Shown: one piece after another, positions 30,562-40,272 of the stretch
How positions within the stretch are numbered: position 1 is the first letter of the stretch
Layout: each line of letters starts with the position of its first letter
The notes under the pieces: generated by a model
Seen by the model: only the letters and a program-made list of their open reading frames with translations
Told to the model about the DNA's origin: nothing
Databases searched by the model: none
Assembly: GCA_033763315.1 (NCBI GenBank)
Contig: JANRKS010000024.1
Span: 96,001-160,000, forward strand
Source of the DNA: Deltaproteobacteria bacterium
Lineage (GTDB): Bacteria > Myxococcota_A > Polyangia > Fen-1088
Direction: 5' to 3'
DNA length: 64,000 nt
Made by a program: the position numbers and the translations under genes

Positions 30562-31284
30562 TTACTGAGTGACTTTTAAAACGTTTCTGCTGACAAAGCA
30601 GAAGGGCACAGGGTTACCGCCCACAGACATGGGGCGGAACTTCGATTTCTGCCAAGATTCGAGAATGGCCTTATCGAACAGAGGGTCCGATGGCTTGATG
30701 AGCGTGGTGCTTGTGATGTCGCCGGACTTTCCAACGCACAGCTTCACGAGGTTGAAGATAAGCATGCCCGACCGCTTGATGACCTCGGGAATGACGGGAT
30801 CGGGGTGCGACAGAATCTGCTTCTCCCCGATCGCGGGAGGCAACATTGTGGGAGGCGTTGTATCGACACCTGTGCCACCAACAACACCACCGACCACGCC
30901 GCCAACAACACCACCCTTTACACCACCTTCGACGCCGCCTTCGACGCCGTCATCCTCACCCGAATCTTCTTCCTCTTCCTCGGGTGGTGGCTCTTCTTTG
31001 GGCTGAACGATCTGCGTCTTGGTTGGCTGAACGATCGGCTCAACCTTTGGCTTGGTCTTCGTGGACGACTTCTTCTTCGGTGGAGGCGGCGGCGGTGGTG
31101 GAGGCGGTGGCGCCGACATAAACGTCACAGCCACGGTGGGCGGTGACAGCTCAGCCACGTGCCAGAAGGAATAAACAACTGCATAGATCAGGGCCACGCC
31201 GTGCGCCGCCAAAGACACGATGTACGTGATCTTGCGGCCTTTCGGCTTGACCTTGTCTTGGGTAAGAAATGCCTCAAACGCCAT
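30562..31284 (-). CDS. tonB: TonB-like energy transducer
   Basis: TM with S..AH (VSLAAHG), poly-Pro, acidic run, GVEG/GVVG repeats, TonB_C-like end (FRPMSVGGNPV). Confidence 0.85.
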   Translation of the reverse strand: MAFEAFLTQDKVKPKGRKITYIVSLAAHGVALIYAVVYSFWHVAELSPPTVAVTFMSAPPPPPPPPPPPKKKSSTKTKPKVEPIVQPTKTQIVQPKEEPPPEEEEEDSGEDDGVEGGVEGGVKGGVVGGVVGGVVGGTGVDTTPPTMLPPAIGEKQILSHPDPVIPEVIKRSGMLIFNLVKLCVGKSGDITSTTLIKPSDPLFDKAILESWQKSKFRPMSVGGNPVPFCFVSRNVLKVTQ

Positions 31285-31308
31285 AGCTTCCTGCCGGAGG
31301 GAGTAGGG

Positions 31309-32358
31309 TTACTTCTTTCCCTTGGGCTTGTGACCCTTGGGGGTTTTCTTTTTGGGCGAGGCCTTTGCAGCCGTTGGCGCTGGGGCCTTGGCGGCCTCAT
31401 CGTCGGCCGGTTTCGCCGCTTCGGTATGGTGGCCTTGGTTCAAGACCGCCATGGTTTTGCGTGCCCACTCCGCGGATGTATCAACCGCTTTTTGCCATTC
31501 GGCCGGCTGGTCAAACAAGGCGAACGACTTTTGCCGCCACAACAGGTTCACGTACGCCATCGCGTCCGTGTATGTGGGGCGAAGCTCAACCGCCTTCTCA
31601 AGGTACCGAATGCCAGCTTCAGCGAGATCGATGCGCTGCTGGCCTTGAATGTCAGACTCCGTCCAAATCGGAGGGTCGCTTTGGTTCACAGCACCGGGGC
31701 GAGGATCCCAGTTTTGCTTGTCAGCGCCACCGCCTTTAAGGAGGAGCTGGTTATAGATAAACGTTCCGGCGCCATAGAAAGCTTCAGCGTCGGTGGGCCT
31801 GATCTCCAGGTTCACCTGGTACCACTTGAGCGCCTCATCCATCTTCTCCCACTTGGAGTAGACCTGCATGAGGCCCGCGACGGAGTTAGCGTCTTTCGGG
31901 TTTTGGGCATATCGCTCTTCGTACATGTCCGCGAGCGTCTTGAAGCGATCCGCGTCGAACAGCGTCTGCGTGTAGAGCATCTCGCCACGCGGATCCTCAG
32001 GCTTGAGCTCCATGTAACGCTTGAACGACTTGATCGCGCAGTCAGCACCCCAGAAGCTTTCGGGTGTTTTCGAGCCTGGAACAATCAGTTGCTTGCAGGT
32101 GTAACCCTTGTTCAGGTGCAACACCGGAAAGTTCGGCAACAGTTCCTCGGCTTTTTTGAAGAGCCCTACGGCTTCTTTGTAGTTACCGTCGTGATACGCG
32201 GTGTTGGCTTGTTGAAGCAAACGCCGGCCACGCACCTGATCGCAACCTGCGCTTCCGAGAAGCGCAAGCGCACCAATCATTAGCACCGCTCGCCCCCACC
32301 CACCTCGCCACGCCCCACCGCGGGCGCAGCGTGCTTTCGCTGCAGCTTTGTCCCACAT
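31309..32358 (-). CDS. TPR lipoprotein associated with the TonB/ExbBD cluster
   Basis: Lipobox SAGC, TPR helices (ANTAYHDGNYKEAV; AIKSFKRY; YLEKAVELRPTYTDAMAYVNLLWR); start approximate. Confidence 0.85.
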   Translation of the reverse strand: MWDKAAAKARCARGGAWRGGWGRAVLMIGALALLGSAGCDQVRGRRLLQQANTAYHDGNYKEAVGLFKKAEELLPNFPVLHLNKGYTCKQLIVPGSKTPESFWGADCAIKSFKRYMELKPEDPRGEMLYTQTLFDADRFKTLADMYEERYAQNPKDANSVAGLMQVYSKWEKMDEALKWYQVNLEIRPTDAEAFYGAGTFIYNQLLLKGGGADKQNWDPRPGAVNQSDPPIWTESDIQGQQRIDLAEAGIRYLEKAVELRPTYTDAMAYVNLLWRQKSFALFDQPAEWQKAVDTSAEWARKTMAVLNQGHHTEAAKPADDEAAKAPAPTAAKASPKKKTPKGHKPKGKK

Positions 32359-32566
32359 AAGGAGCCGAGTAAATACAATGCCGATCATGAACCACGCAAG
32401 GATTAAAGCCTGGGTTTCGTGTTTGGGGAGGGACGCAGCCCACAGGCCCTTGATCTTGCGCGCCAAAAACGCGTTCAATCGCCGCCCCTCCCGCTGCCGA
32501 AGTCGTTAGACCCAGGCCTTGCAATGGAGGGGCAAAATATTTTTTGAAAAGATCCGCCCGAGCGGG

Positions 32567-33805
32567 TTAGGGCGTTTTGTAGATCTCAACCACTTCGCCA
32601 CCGCGGGCGAAGTTCTTGAACTTTCGCAGAATTACCACCCACGGCGCGGCCACCTTCCACGCCACTGGTCGCTCATCCATGGGCGTGCGCAGCAAATGCG
32701 TGGCCACGGTCTCGACGCCCGCAGACCGAGTCAATGCAGGCAAAGGCACCCAGTAAAGGTCGAGCTTTGGCACATCCGCTTTTTTCTTCTCGAGCGCCGC
32801 CGGGTTCAAGGGATCGACCGTGAGGCTAAAGTGCAGGGTACCTGCGGACATCGATTCACTTTCAACGAGCGAACGCAGATCGTACATCTCGAAGGGGACC
32901 GCGAGCTTGGTGGCTGTTGCGAGGCCCAAGCCATTGGCCAGATCCAGGTGCGTTTGATCCTCGGCCACCTCGGCAAAGGCGCTACGCCCCGGGCGGCGTC
33001 GGCGAAGCTGATTGACGGCCGACCAACCCATCACGTCAGGAATGTCGCCCCGCCACGTGACTTCGCCTTTGAGCACATCAAAGATGGCGGCGCGATCGGG
33101 CAAGCGCATGTCTTTGGCTTTGTCGTATCCACCGGGCTCCTGCGCAAAAATCTGCGTGTATCCGTCCATCCAGGAAAGAATGGCCAACGGCGGTTTGGCA
33201 AGGCGGTCGGCGCCGTCAGAGGCGAGGACGCGCGGTTTTCCCACCGGGGTCAGCGTCGCCAGGTCAAAAGCGGCCACCACAAATCGAGTTTGCCCCTTCT
33301 TGTCCTGGGCCCGGTCCCATCGGACCACGAAACGTTGATTGCCGCGGCTCGCAAAGCCGACGTCGGTGGCGGGGCCCACCAAGCCTGCGGGCTTGCCCGC
33401 ATCGTCGAAGCGTTGGGCCGTGCGCTGCCCGCTTTTGCCGTCGCGAACCACCACGATGACCGAGCGGCCCTGCCCCGTAAACTCAATGCGCTCAAACATG
33501 TCTTGTGGGCTGCCCAGGGGGAACGACGCCACCTTGGTCTTTTGGACAAGATCGAAGAATTCGAGCTCGGCAAACGACGCGCTATCGGTTCGAATCAGGG
33601 CAACCAAGCCACTCTGCACGTCGATGGCCATGGGATCATCAAAGAAGCCCTTGTCAGCTTTGCGCACCCAGGTTGGTTTCTGGACCGGTGGGGCCGAGGT
33701 GGCGACCGCCGCGGCAGGCGACACGGGCGCCGCGATCGCAGGCCCCCGGGCCACGGCCACCAACGCCAAAGAACCTACAAGACAACCGAACTGCTTGGCC
33801 TTCAT
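32567..33805 (-). CDS. Secreted hypothetical protein (possible beta-propeller)
   Basis: SD GGGAG, signal peptide, beta-rich body, GC3-biased frame. Confidence 0.75.
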   Translation of the reverse strand: MKAKQFGCLVGSLALVAVARGPAIAAPVSPAAAVATSAPPVQKPTWVRKADKGFFDDPMAIDVQSGLVALIRTDSASFAELEFFDLVQKTKVASFPLGSPQDMFERIEFTGQGRSVIVVVRDGKSGQRTAQRFDDAGKPAGLVGPATDVGFASRGNQRFVVRWDRAQDKKGQTRFVVAAFDLATLTPVGKPRVLASDGADRLAKPPLAILSWMDGYTQIFAQEPGGYDKAKDMRLPDRAAIFDVLKGEVTWRGDIPDVMGWSAVNQLRRRRPGRSAFAEVAEDQTHLDLANGLGLATATKLAVPFEMYDLRSLVESESMSAGTLHFSLTVDPLNPAALEKKKADVPKLDLYWVPLPALTRSAGVETVATHLLRTPMDERPVAWKVAAPWVVILRKFKNFARGGEVVEIYKTP

Positions 33806-33831
33806 TGAGTCTCCCCCTCACATCATCGGCC

Positions 33832-34629
33832 TCATTGCTCGTCACGGCAACACAACACGCCGCCAAGATCGCCCGTGGGCTTAAAAACGTTGATGACTTC
33901 CTGATCGTGGTTGGCGGCGCCGCCGCAGGCCCAGGCGCCCTGGGTGGCCAGGCAGTCGCTAAATTCCAGGCGCCGGTCAAGCGGGTAGCAACCGTCGCCC
34001 TCGGGGTGGCCGATGGAGCCACAGCCCCGAACGTCGTTGGCCCAGGCTTGCCCAAAAGCACAGTCGCCGCCCACGCCGCCGCCCCCAGCCACGGCGAAAA
34101 AGGCGCTCACACCGATGGCCACGATGGACTCGCAGAGGCTGCTGGAGAGTCGATCAACCTCGACAGGCCCGTGGCATACGTGCCAGCCGGACGCACAAAG
34201 ATCTGCGGCACCGCAGCCGACGCCGTCCACGCGCGTCCCCGTGTTGCCCGCGCCGCGGTCGCACCAGGTGTCCCTGACGGCTTCCAGGGTTAGCCCCGGA
34301 CGCCCCCACGCGCCCGCGCATCCCGCGATGCTGGGCCAGGCCGCCGGCGACGTATCTAAGAACCCCTCGCGCGTGCCGTCCGCACAGCCGACAACCGCTG
34401 GCTCCCCACTGAGGCTCATCAAAGGGCGCGCTTCGGCAGCGCCTGTGTCACGGGGGGCAGCGCCAAGGTCGGTGCCAAAGCTGTCAACTGCGCCGTCGCT
34501 CGCCCCGCCGTCGGCTGAGCTGACAGCGACGTTGTCGTCCGTGAGCCGGCAAGCGGCCAGGCAAAGCGCCAGGAAACAGCCGGTCCAACCGCCTGCCGTG
34601 TTTCGCCTCGTCGAGCTATTCATTGCCAA
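33832..34629 (-). CDS. Cys-rich lipoprotein
   Basis: Lipobox LAAC; DGG linker; Cys-rich domain (GCADGTREGF...IAGCAGAW...LCASGWHVC...GGVLCC). Confidence 0.8.
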   Translation of the reverse strand: MAMNSSTRRNTAGGWTGCFLALCLAACRLTDDNVAVSSADGGASDGAVDSFGTDLGAAPRDTGAAEARPLMSLSGEPAVVGCADGTREGFLDTSPAAWPSIAGCAGAWGRPGLTLEAVRDTWCDRGAGNTGTRVDGVGCGAADLCASGWHVCHGPVEVDRLSSSLCESIVAIGVSAFFAVAGGGGVGGDCAFGQAWANDVRGCGSIGHPEGDGCYPLDRRLEFSDCLATQGAWACGGAANHDQEVINVFKPTGDLGGVLCCRDEQ

Positions 34630-34680
34630 GACCCGCCCTTCACTTTAAGGCCACGCCACAGACCTGGGCCAGCGTTGTGT

Positions 34681-34709
34681 TTGACGGAAGTGCCTGCCGA
34701 CCCCATATT
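34681..34709 (+). promoter_or_regulatory. Sigma70-type promoter, probably leaderless, for hisBHF
   Basis: TTGACG-17 nt-CATATT, then 6 nt to ATG 34716; no SD. Confidence 0.6.
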
Positions 34710-34715
34710 TGGCGC

Positions 34716-35309
34716 ATGCGTAAGGCCCAGGTGGAGCGAAACACCAGTGAGACCCAAATTCGCCTCACCGTGAATTTGGACGGCACCGGCGTGCGCAACA
34801 TTGATACACCGCTGCCGTTCTTCAACCACATGCTTGACGCCGTATGCCGCCATGGGCTGATCGACATCGATTTGGTGGCGCGTGGGGACATCGAGGTCGA
34901 CGCACACCACACGGTTGAGGACGTGGGCATTTGCTTGGGCCAAGCGGTCCGGCAAGCGTTGGGTGATCGCAAAGGCATCAACCGTTATGGCGACGCTACG
35001 ATCCCAATGGACGAAACCTTGGCGACGGCCGCGATCGATTTTTCGGGACGCGCTTACCTTGTGTATATGGCGGACTCGCTCAAGGGCCGGTGGATCGGCA
35101 CGTTTGACGCAGAGCTGGCGCGCGAGTTCTTTGGCGGGTTTGCAGGCGCGGCGCTTTGCAACCTGCACCTTGAATGCAGGTATGGCGAGAACGCTCACCA
35201 CATTGTGGAGGCGATGTTCAAAGCGTTTGCGCGAGCGATGCGCCAAGCGGCCAGCGTTGATCCACGCGTGGAAGGTGTGCCCTCGACAAAGGGCACCTTG
35301 ACCACGTAG
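34716..35309 (+). CDS. hisB: Imidazoleglycerol-phosphate dehydratase
   Basis: RNTSETQI, FFNHML, DAHHTVEDVG, PMDE, NAHHIVEAMFKA, PSTKG. Confidence 0.97.
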   Translation: MRKAQVERNTSETQIRLTVNLDGTGVRNIDTPLPFFNHMLDAVCRHGLIDIDLVARGDIEVDAHHTVEDVGICLGQAVRQALGDRKGINRYGDATIPMDETLATAAIDFSGRAYLVYMADSLKGRWIGTFDAELAREFFGGFAGAALCNLHLECRYGENAHHIVEAMFKAFARAMRQAASVDPRVEGVPSTKGTLTT

Positions 35310-35315
35310 AGAGTC

Positions 35316-35990
35316 ATGATCTTGGAAGCTTTGCCCGTTCGAGCCAACGCCCCCATTATCGTCCGCCCTCGCGTGGCGGTTGTAGATACGGGCAGCGGCA
35401 ATTTGCGGAGCGTGCAAAAGGCGTTGGAGGCCGTGGGCGGTGTGGCGCACGTGACAGAGGATCCTGACGTGATCGCAAAGGCCGATAAGGTGCTGGTGCC
35501 TGGCCAGGGCGCGTTCGGCGCGTGCATGCTCGGCTTATGCCGCGATGGTGGGGCTTTGCAACAAGCGGTGCTGGAAGCGATCAAACGCGGGGTGCCCTAC
35601 TTCGGCGTGTGCTTGGGGTTGCAAGTGCTGTTCGATGCCAGCGACGAAAGCCCGGGGACAGCGGGGCTTGGTGTGATTCCGGGGCGTGTGGTGAAGTTCC
35701 ACGTGCCCGCGCCTTTGAAGGTGCCACACATGGGATGGAACCCGTGCAAGCTTGGACCAGCGGCGGCGAACGCAAGCGTGTTGGCACACACGCCCAACAA
35801 TACCTCCTTCTACTTTGTGCACAGCTATCACGTCGTGCCCGTGGACCCCAGCTTGGTTGCGTTGCAAAGCGATCACGGCGAAACGTTTTGCGCGGCGGTG
35901 GCGCGCGACAATATTTTCGCGTGCCAGTTTCACCCCGAGAAAAGCCAAACGGCGGGCTTGAATTTGTTGCGCCAATTCGTGGCGCTGTAA
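35316..35990 (+). CDS. hisH: Imidazole glycerol phosphate synthase, glutaminase subunit
   Basis: [38 protein letters not shown]. Confidence 0.97.
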   Translation: MILEALPVRANAPIIVRPRVAVVDTGSGNLRSVQKALEAVGGVAHVTEDPDVIAKADKVLVPGQGAFGACMLGLCRDGGALQQAVLEAIKRGVPYFGVCLGLQVLFDASDESPGTAGLGVIPGRVVKFHVPAPLKVPHMGWNPCKLGPAAANASVLAHTPNNTSFYFVHSYHVVPVDPSLVALQSDHGETFCAAVARDNIFACQFHPEKSQTAGLNLLRQFVAL

Positions 35991-36001
35991 AAGGAACCGC
36001 A

Positions 36002-36787
36002 ATGCTGGCCCGCAGAATCATTCCGTGTTTGGACGTCGATGCTGGTCGCGTGAAGAAGGGCGTGCGTTTTCAAGAGTTGCGCGACGCGGGTGATCCCGTG
36101 GCCGTAGCGGCCGCTTACGATCGACAAGGCGCTGACGAGGTTTGCTTCTTAGATATCTCCGCTTCGTCCGATGGTCGCGCCACAACCCTCGACATGGTGC
36201 GCGCCACGGCGGAGCAAGTGTTCCTGCCCTTGACCGTCGGCGGTGGCGTACGTTCCGTAGAAAACGTGCGTGAGTTGCTGTTGGCCGGCGCCGACAAGGT
36301 GGGCATCAACACGGCGGCCGTCAAAGATCCGCAATTGGTTCGTCGTGCCTCGGATGCGTTCGGCGCGCAAGCGATCGTGGTGGCGGTGGACGCGCGACGC
36401 AAGCCAGATAGCCCCGACACCGCGCCTGTTTGGGAGGTGTACACGCACGGAGGCCGCACGCCCACGGGCATTGATGCCGTGCAATGGTGCGTGCAAATGG
36501 CTGAGTATGGCGCGGGCGAGATCTTGCTCACCAGCATGGATCGAGACGGCACGAAGAATGGTTTTGATCTTCAACTGACGCGCGCGGTTTCGGATCGCGT
36601 GCCCGTGCCCGTGATCGCTTCGGGTGGCGTGGGCAACCTTGAACACTTGTATGAGGGCATTGCGAAAGGCGGCGCCGACGCTGTGTTGGCGGCGTCGATC
36701 TTTCACTTCGGCGAATACACTGTGGGCCAGGCACGCGAGTACTTGCGCACGCGCGGCGTGCCCGTGCGGCAAGTGCCACACGAATAA
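36002..36787 (+). CDS. hisF: Imidazole glycerol phosphate synthase, cyclase subunit
   Basis: [43 protein letters not shown]. Confidence 0.97.
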   Translation: MLARRIIPCLDVDAGRVKKGVRFQELRDAGDPVAVAAAYDRQGADEVCFLDISASSDGRATTLDMVRATAEQVFLPLTVGGGVRSVENVRELLLAGADKVGINTAAVKDPQLVRRASDAFGAQAIVVAVDARRKPDSPDTAPVWEVYTHGGRTPTGIDAVQWCVQMAEYGAGEILLTSMDRDGTKNGFDLQLTRAVSDRVPVPVIASGGVGNLEHLYEGIAKGGADAVLAASIFHFGEYTVGQAREYLRTRGVPVRQVPHE

Positions 36788-36793
36788 GCAAGC

Positions 36794-38701
36794 TCAGTGT
36801 TTGTGGCTCACCGTGATGCGCAGCTCGCCCAAGCTATTGCTGAGCTTGTAGCCGGCGGCCTTGGGCCCAAACAACACACGCACGTAAACCCCCAAGGGGC
36901 GCGTTTCGAGTGACACGAAGGTGATCACAGGGTGTTTCACGTTGTAGACCGCCGGCCGCAACGGCAGCTTTGCTTTTGTGAGGATGGCCACCACGCCGGG
37001 CTGCGGCGCCAAGGCCAACACCTCGGTGGGTCGGCTTGATCCCATCAGAGGCACCACCACCGTGGTGCTATCGCTGTCTTGGGTCAGCGAAAACGGTGCC
37101 CGTAGAAACTTCGGCGGCGGCGGAATTTCATTGTCTGGGGCGGCCGGGGGTGGGGCGGCGGACTCTGGGGGCGCTGCCTCCAGAATGTCTGTGGAGGATG
37201 GTGGCGCACCAGCGTTCGTTTCTTGCGACGGTGGCGCAGCGGCGTTGGTTTCTGGCGACGGTGGTGGCTCGTCCGCCGCGGCGACCGAGGGCGATTCCGG
37301 CTCCGCCTCGGCAGGCCCAGGCTCATCTTTGGCGGCGGGCACGTTCGCGGGGGCGGGCCTGGGGGCAAAAGCGGCCGCGCGCGGGGCGGGCACGTCAGCC
37401 ACTTTGGGGGTAACGTCAACAGCGATTTCGAGGCGGGGCCGCGTCGGAGGGGTCGCCGTGCGGGTCACTTGAGGGCGTATTTCAGATTGAGGCGCCACCA
37501 AGGCGGCTTGGGGATCAGGCTTCGGCAAGGGTTTGCGCGTGAACACAAACGTCATTGCCACCATGCCCACAAGCACACCCACCATCACCACGCTGGCCCC
37601 CCGCCAAGGCAGGCGGCGAATCTTGGCGGTGGATTGCCTCGCCACAGGAATGGTGGGAGCCAAACCCAATGGGACGTGCTGCGCAGGCAGCTCCGACGAC
37701 CGAGACGTGGCGGCGGCGGGCACCGGCGCAGACGGCGTGATGAGGGCCGCCGTTTGCGGCACCGGCAACGGGGGCGGCGTTGGCAAACGCGGTGGCGGGG
37801 TCAGCGAGCGGGGCACCGGAGGCGGCGTGGCTGAGCGAGGTCGTGACGAGCCGAATTCTTGTGTGTGGCGATCGCGGCGCGCCTCGGGGACCGGCGACGG
37901 CAGCGACGACAGCGCCTTCGCCATGCCAGGCGGTGGATCGCCCAAAAGCTGCGGCGAAGGCGTCAAGGCGCCATGGGCCGCGGACAACGGCGGCAGGTTT
38001 GGGTTCGTGCTCCCGGTGCGTCGCACGGGTTTTGAATCGAAAAACGCCTCACCACGGGACCGCATCGCGGTCGAGAGCTCGCCCGCTTCCTTGAGCACAG
38101 CGTCGGTGGCGCGCATCTTCACCACAATGCGTGGGGGTTCATCGGGCTGCAGGGAATCAAGCGCCAGCCCCTCGATGCGCGCGTAACGATAGTGCAAGCC
38201 GTCGTCGCCGGCGATCCCCACCTTCACATCAGAGCCCACACGCAAGAACGGAAGCAAGGTGGTCACGACGATCTCATCCGGTGTCACGTTGCCTTGCGTG
38301 CGCACAGGGGTGGTCAGCCCCTCGAACCACACCGATAGGTTTTCGATGGGCGCCGAGGCGTGCGGGGCCGCCTGGCCGATGGCTTGCGTGACTTCGGCCA
38401 AGGCCGCTTCGTCATCTTGCGACAGATCCGTAAACTCGATGCCCGCGCCCGTGCTCTCAAAGCCTGGTTCGCTGCGGGATCGGGCCACCCATGCCACGCG
38501 CCCTTGCAGTTCTCGGGGCTGTCGGCCAAGCCGAAACCGGCAGCGCACAGGAGCGCCCAAACGAGGCACCGTGTCCGTGGTCAAGTACAGCCCCGCACGA
38601 CTGATGTTTTGCACCTGTGCGGGCATGGGGGTTTGCTGCCCGTCCGTCGTAATACGAGCGCTGCAGGAAAACGCAATCCGGGGTTCTCGCCGTTGCTCCA
38701 C
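36794..38701 (-). CDS. PilZ-domain, Pro-rich, single-TM protein with C-terminal periplasmic (AMIN-like) domain
   Basis: EQRREPR and NISRAG (c-di-GMP RxxxR / DxSxxG-type motifs), GRVAW, GAGIEF; TM VVMVGVLVGMVAMTFVF; start taken as GTG 38701. Confidence 0.85.
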   Translation of the reverse strand: MEQRREPRIAFSCSARITTDGQQTPMPAQVQNISRAGLYLTTDTVPRLGAPVRCRFRLGRQPRELQGRVAWVARSRSEPGFESTGAGIEFTDLSQDDEAALAEVTQAIGQAAPHASAPIENLSVWFEGLTTPVRTQGNVTPDEIVVTTLLPFLRVGSDVKVGIAGDDGLHYRYARIEGLALDSLQPDEPPRIVVKMRATDAVLKEAGELSTAMRSRGEAFFDSKPVRRTGSTNPNLPPLSAAHGALTPSPQLLGDPPPGMAKALSSLPSPVPEARRDRHTQEFGSSRPRSATPPPVPRSLTPPPRLPTPPPLPVPQTAALITPSAPVPAAATSRSSELPAQHVPLGLAPTIPVARQSTAKIRRLPWRGASVVMVGVLVGMVAMTFVFTRKPLPKPDPQAALVAPQSEIRPQVTRTATPPTRPRLEIAVDVTPKVADVPAPRAAAFAPRPAPANVPAAKDEPGPAEAEPESPSVAAADEPPPSPETNAAAPPSQETNAGAPPSSTDILEAAPPESAAPPPAAPDNEIPPPPKFLRAPFSLTQDSDSTTVVVPLMGSSRPTEVLALAPQPGVVAILTKAKLPLRPAVYNVKHPVITFVSLETRPLGVYVRVLFGPKAAGYKLSNSLGELRITVSHKH

Positions 38702-38904
38702 GTGCCCCCATATACTGGCAAAAGCGCCCAACAAGAAGAACTTCCGCGCAGCCGAGCTCACTTGGTGTGCACGGCATGCAGCGGCAAAGACACTGCAAAC
38801 GTTCTAGGCGCCCGTGAAGATAGGCAATTTTCTCAGGCGTTTATCGTCGTTTCGGTTGAGGCGCCCCGGGGCACAACGCTGGCGCACGCGGCCAGTTCAC
38901 GCCA

Positions 38905-40218
38905 TCAAAGATCTTTGTGCGTGAAGCTCTTTTTGCCGTCGCCGTAATCCGTGGTGACGTGGCCATTGCCACTTAACAACCAACGATACGTTACAAGGCC
39001 GTCGATGCCCACGGGACCGCGCGCGTGCAGCTTATCGGTGCTGATCCCCACCTCGGCGCCCAGCCCGAAGCGGTAACCGTCCGCGAAGCGCGTGCTGGCG
39101 TTGTGAAACACACAGGCTGCATCCACTTGCGCCAAGAAGCGCTCGGCGGCGGCGGGATCTTCCGTGACGATCGCTTCGGTGTGGCGCGAGCCATGTTTCG
39201 CAATGTGAGCCAACGCCTCGTTCATGCCCGCCACTTGCATAACAGAGATGATCAACGCTCCGTACTCTGTGTCCCAATCAGCGGCGGTGGCCAACTCGAT
39301 GTTGGGATGCCGCACCCGCGTGCCGTGGCAGCCACGCACTTGCACCTTCGCTTGCACCAAGGCTTCAATCGTGGCGTCTAAAACCTCCGCGGCGTCGCCA
39401 TCCCACAACAACGTTTCCACCGCATTGCAAGCGGCGGGGTAACTGGTTTTGGCATCAACAACAAGGCGCGCGGCCTTGGCTGGATCCGCCGCGCCATGCA
39501 GGTACATGTGACAAATGCCATCGGCGTGGGCCATCACGGGGATGCGCGTGTTGTCGCGCACGTAATGAACAAACTCTGACGAGCCACGGGCGATCATGAG
39601 ATCGACCAGATCGTGTTGCTTTAACAACTCCGCCACGCCGGCGCGATCCTCAAGCAGCACGACGGCCGCGGCCTCTAAGTTATGAGCAGCCAACACCTTG
39701 TGCACCACCGCGGCCAAGGCACGGTTCGTATGCAAGGCCTCCTTGCCACCTTTGCACACCAAAGCGTTGCCACTTTTAAGCGCCAGGCCCGTGATCTGCA
39801 CAAACGCGTCGGGGCGGGCTTCGAACACCACGCCCAAGACGCCGAGCGGGCACGTGATCTGCTGCAGCACCAAGCCATCATCAAGTTCACGATGCGCGAG
39901 CCGTTGCCCCACCACGTCGGGGGCGCCGGCCAGTTGTCGCAAGCCATCCACCAACGTGCCCAGCTTTTTTGCGTCGATGCCCAAACGATTCACCAACGCG
40001 GCCGCCAATTCGCCCCGGCTTTGTGCAGCGCGGGCGTCACGAAGATCGGCTTCGTTGGCTTTGATGACGTCAGCTTGTACCGCCGGATCGGCGTACGCTT
40101 GCGCCAGTGCGCTTAACAGCGCGGCACGCGCGGCCGGGGTCAGCGCCGCCAGCCGCAGACCTGCGGCTTTGGCGGCAACGATCGTTTCGCGAAGAGGAGA
40201 AAGCGCTGCGGCGTCCAT
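38905..40218 (-). CDS. proA: Gamma-glutamyl phosphate reductase
   Basis: PLGVLGVVFEARP, KSGNA..KGGKEA, ACNAVETLL, HGSRHTEAI, NASTRFADG..FGLGAEVGIST.KLHARGP. Confidence 0.97.
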   Translation of the reverse strand: MDAAALSPLRETIVAAKAAGLRLAALTPAARAALLSALAQAYADPAVQADVIKANEADLRDARAAQSRGELAAALVNRLGIDAKKLGTLVDGLRQLAGAPDVVGQRLAHRELDDGLVLQQITCPLGVLGVVFEARPDAFVQITGLALKSGNALVCKGGKEALHTNRALAAVVHKVLAAHNLEAAAVVLLEDRAGVAELLKQHDLVDLMIARGSSEFVHYVRDNTRIPVMAHADGICHMYLHGAADPAKAARLVVDAKTSYPAACNAVETLLWDGDAAEVLDATIEALVQAKVQVRGCHGTRVRHPNIELATAADWDTEYGALIISVMQVAGMNEALAHIAKHGSRHTEAIVTEDPAAAERFLAQVDAACVFHNASTRFADGYRFGLGAEVGISTDKLHARGPVGIDGLVTYRWLLSGNGHVTTDYGDGKKSFTHKDL

Positions 40219-40272
40219 GCACGGCGAATGCTACGCCACAATCGGCACCCGCGCCGTCGCCAAAGCGACAGA

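Noticed and set aside
30880-31115. Short tandem repeats (CCACC/GGCGGT units)
   Set aside because: Encode the GVVG/GVEG and poly-Pro linkers typical of TonB proteins; not CRISPR or VNTR.
31159-33808. Long + strand ORFs 31159..32283 and 32519..33808
   Set aside because: Antisense shadows of minus-strand genes that have lipobox/signal peptides and better coding features.
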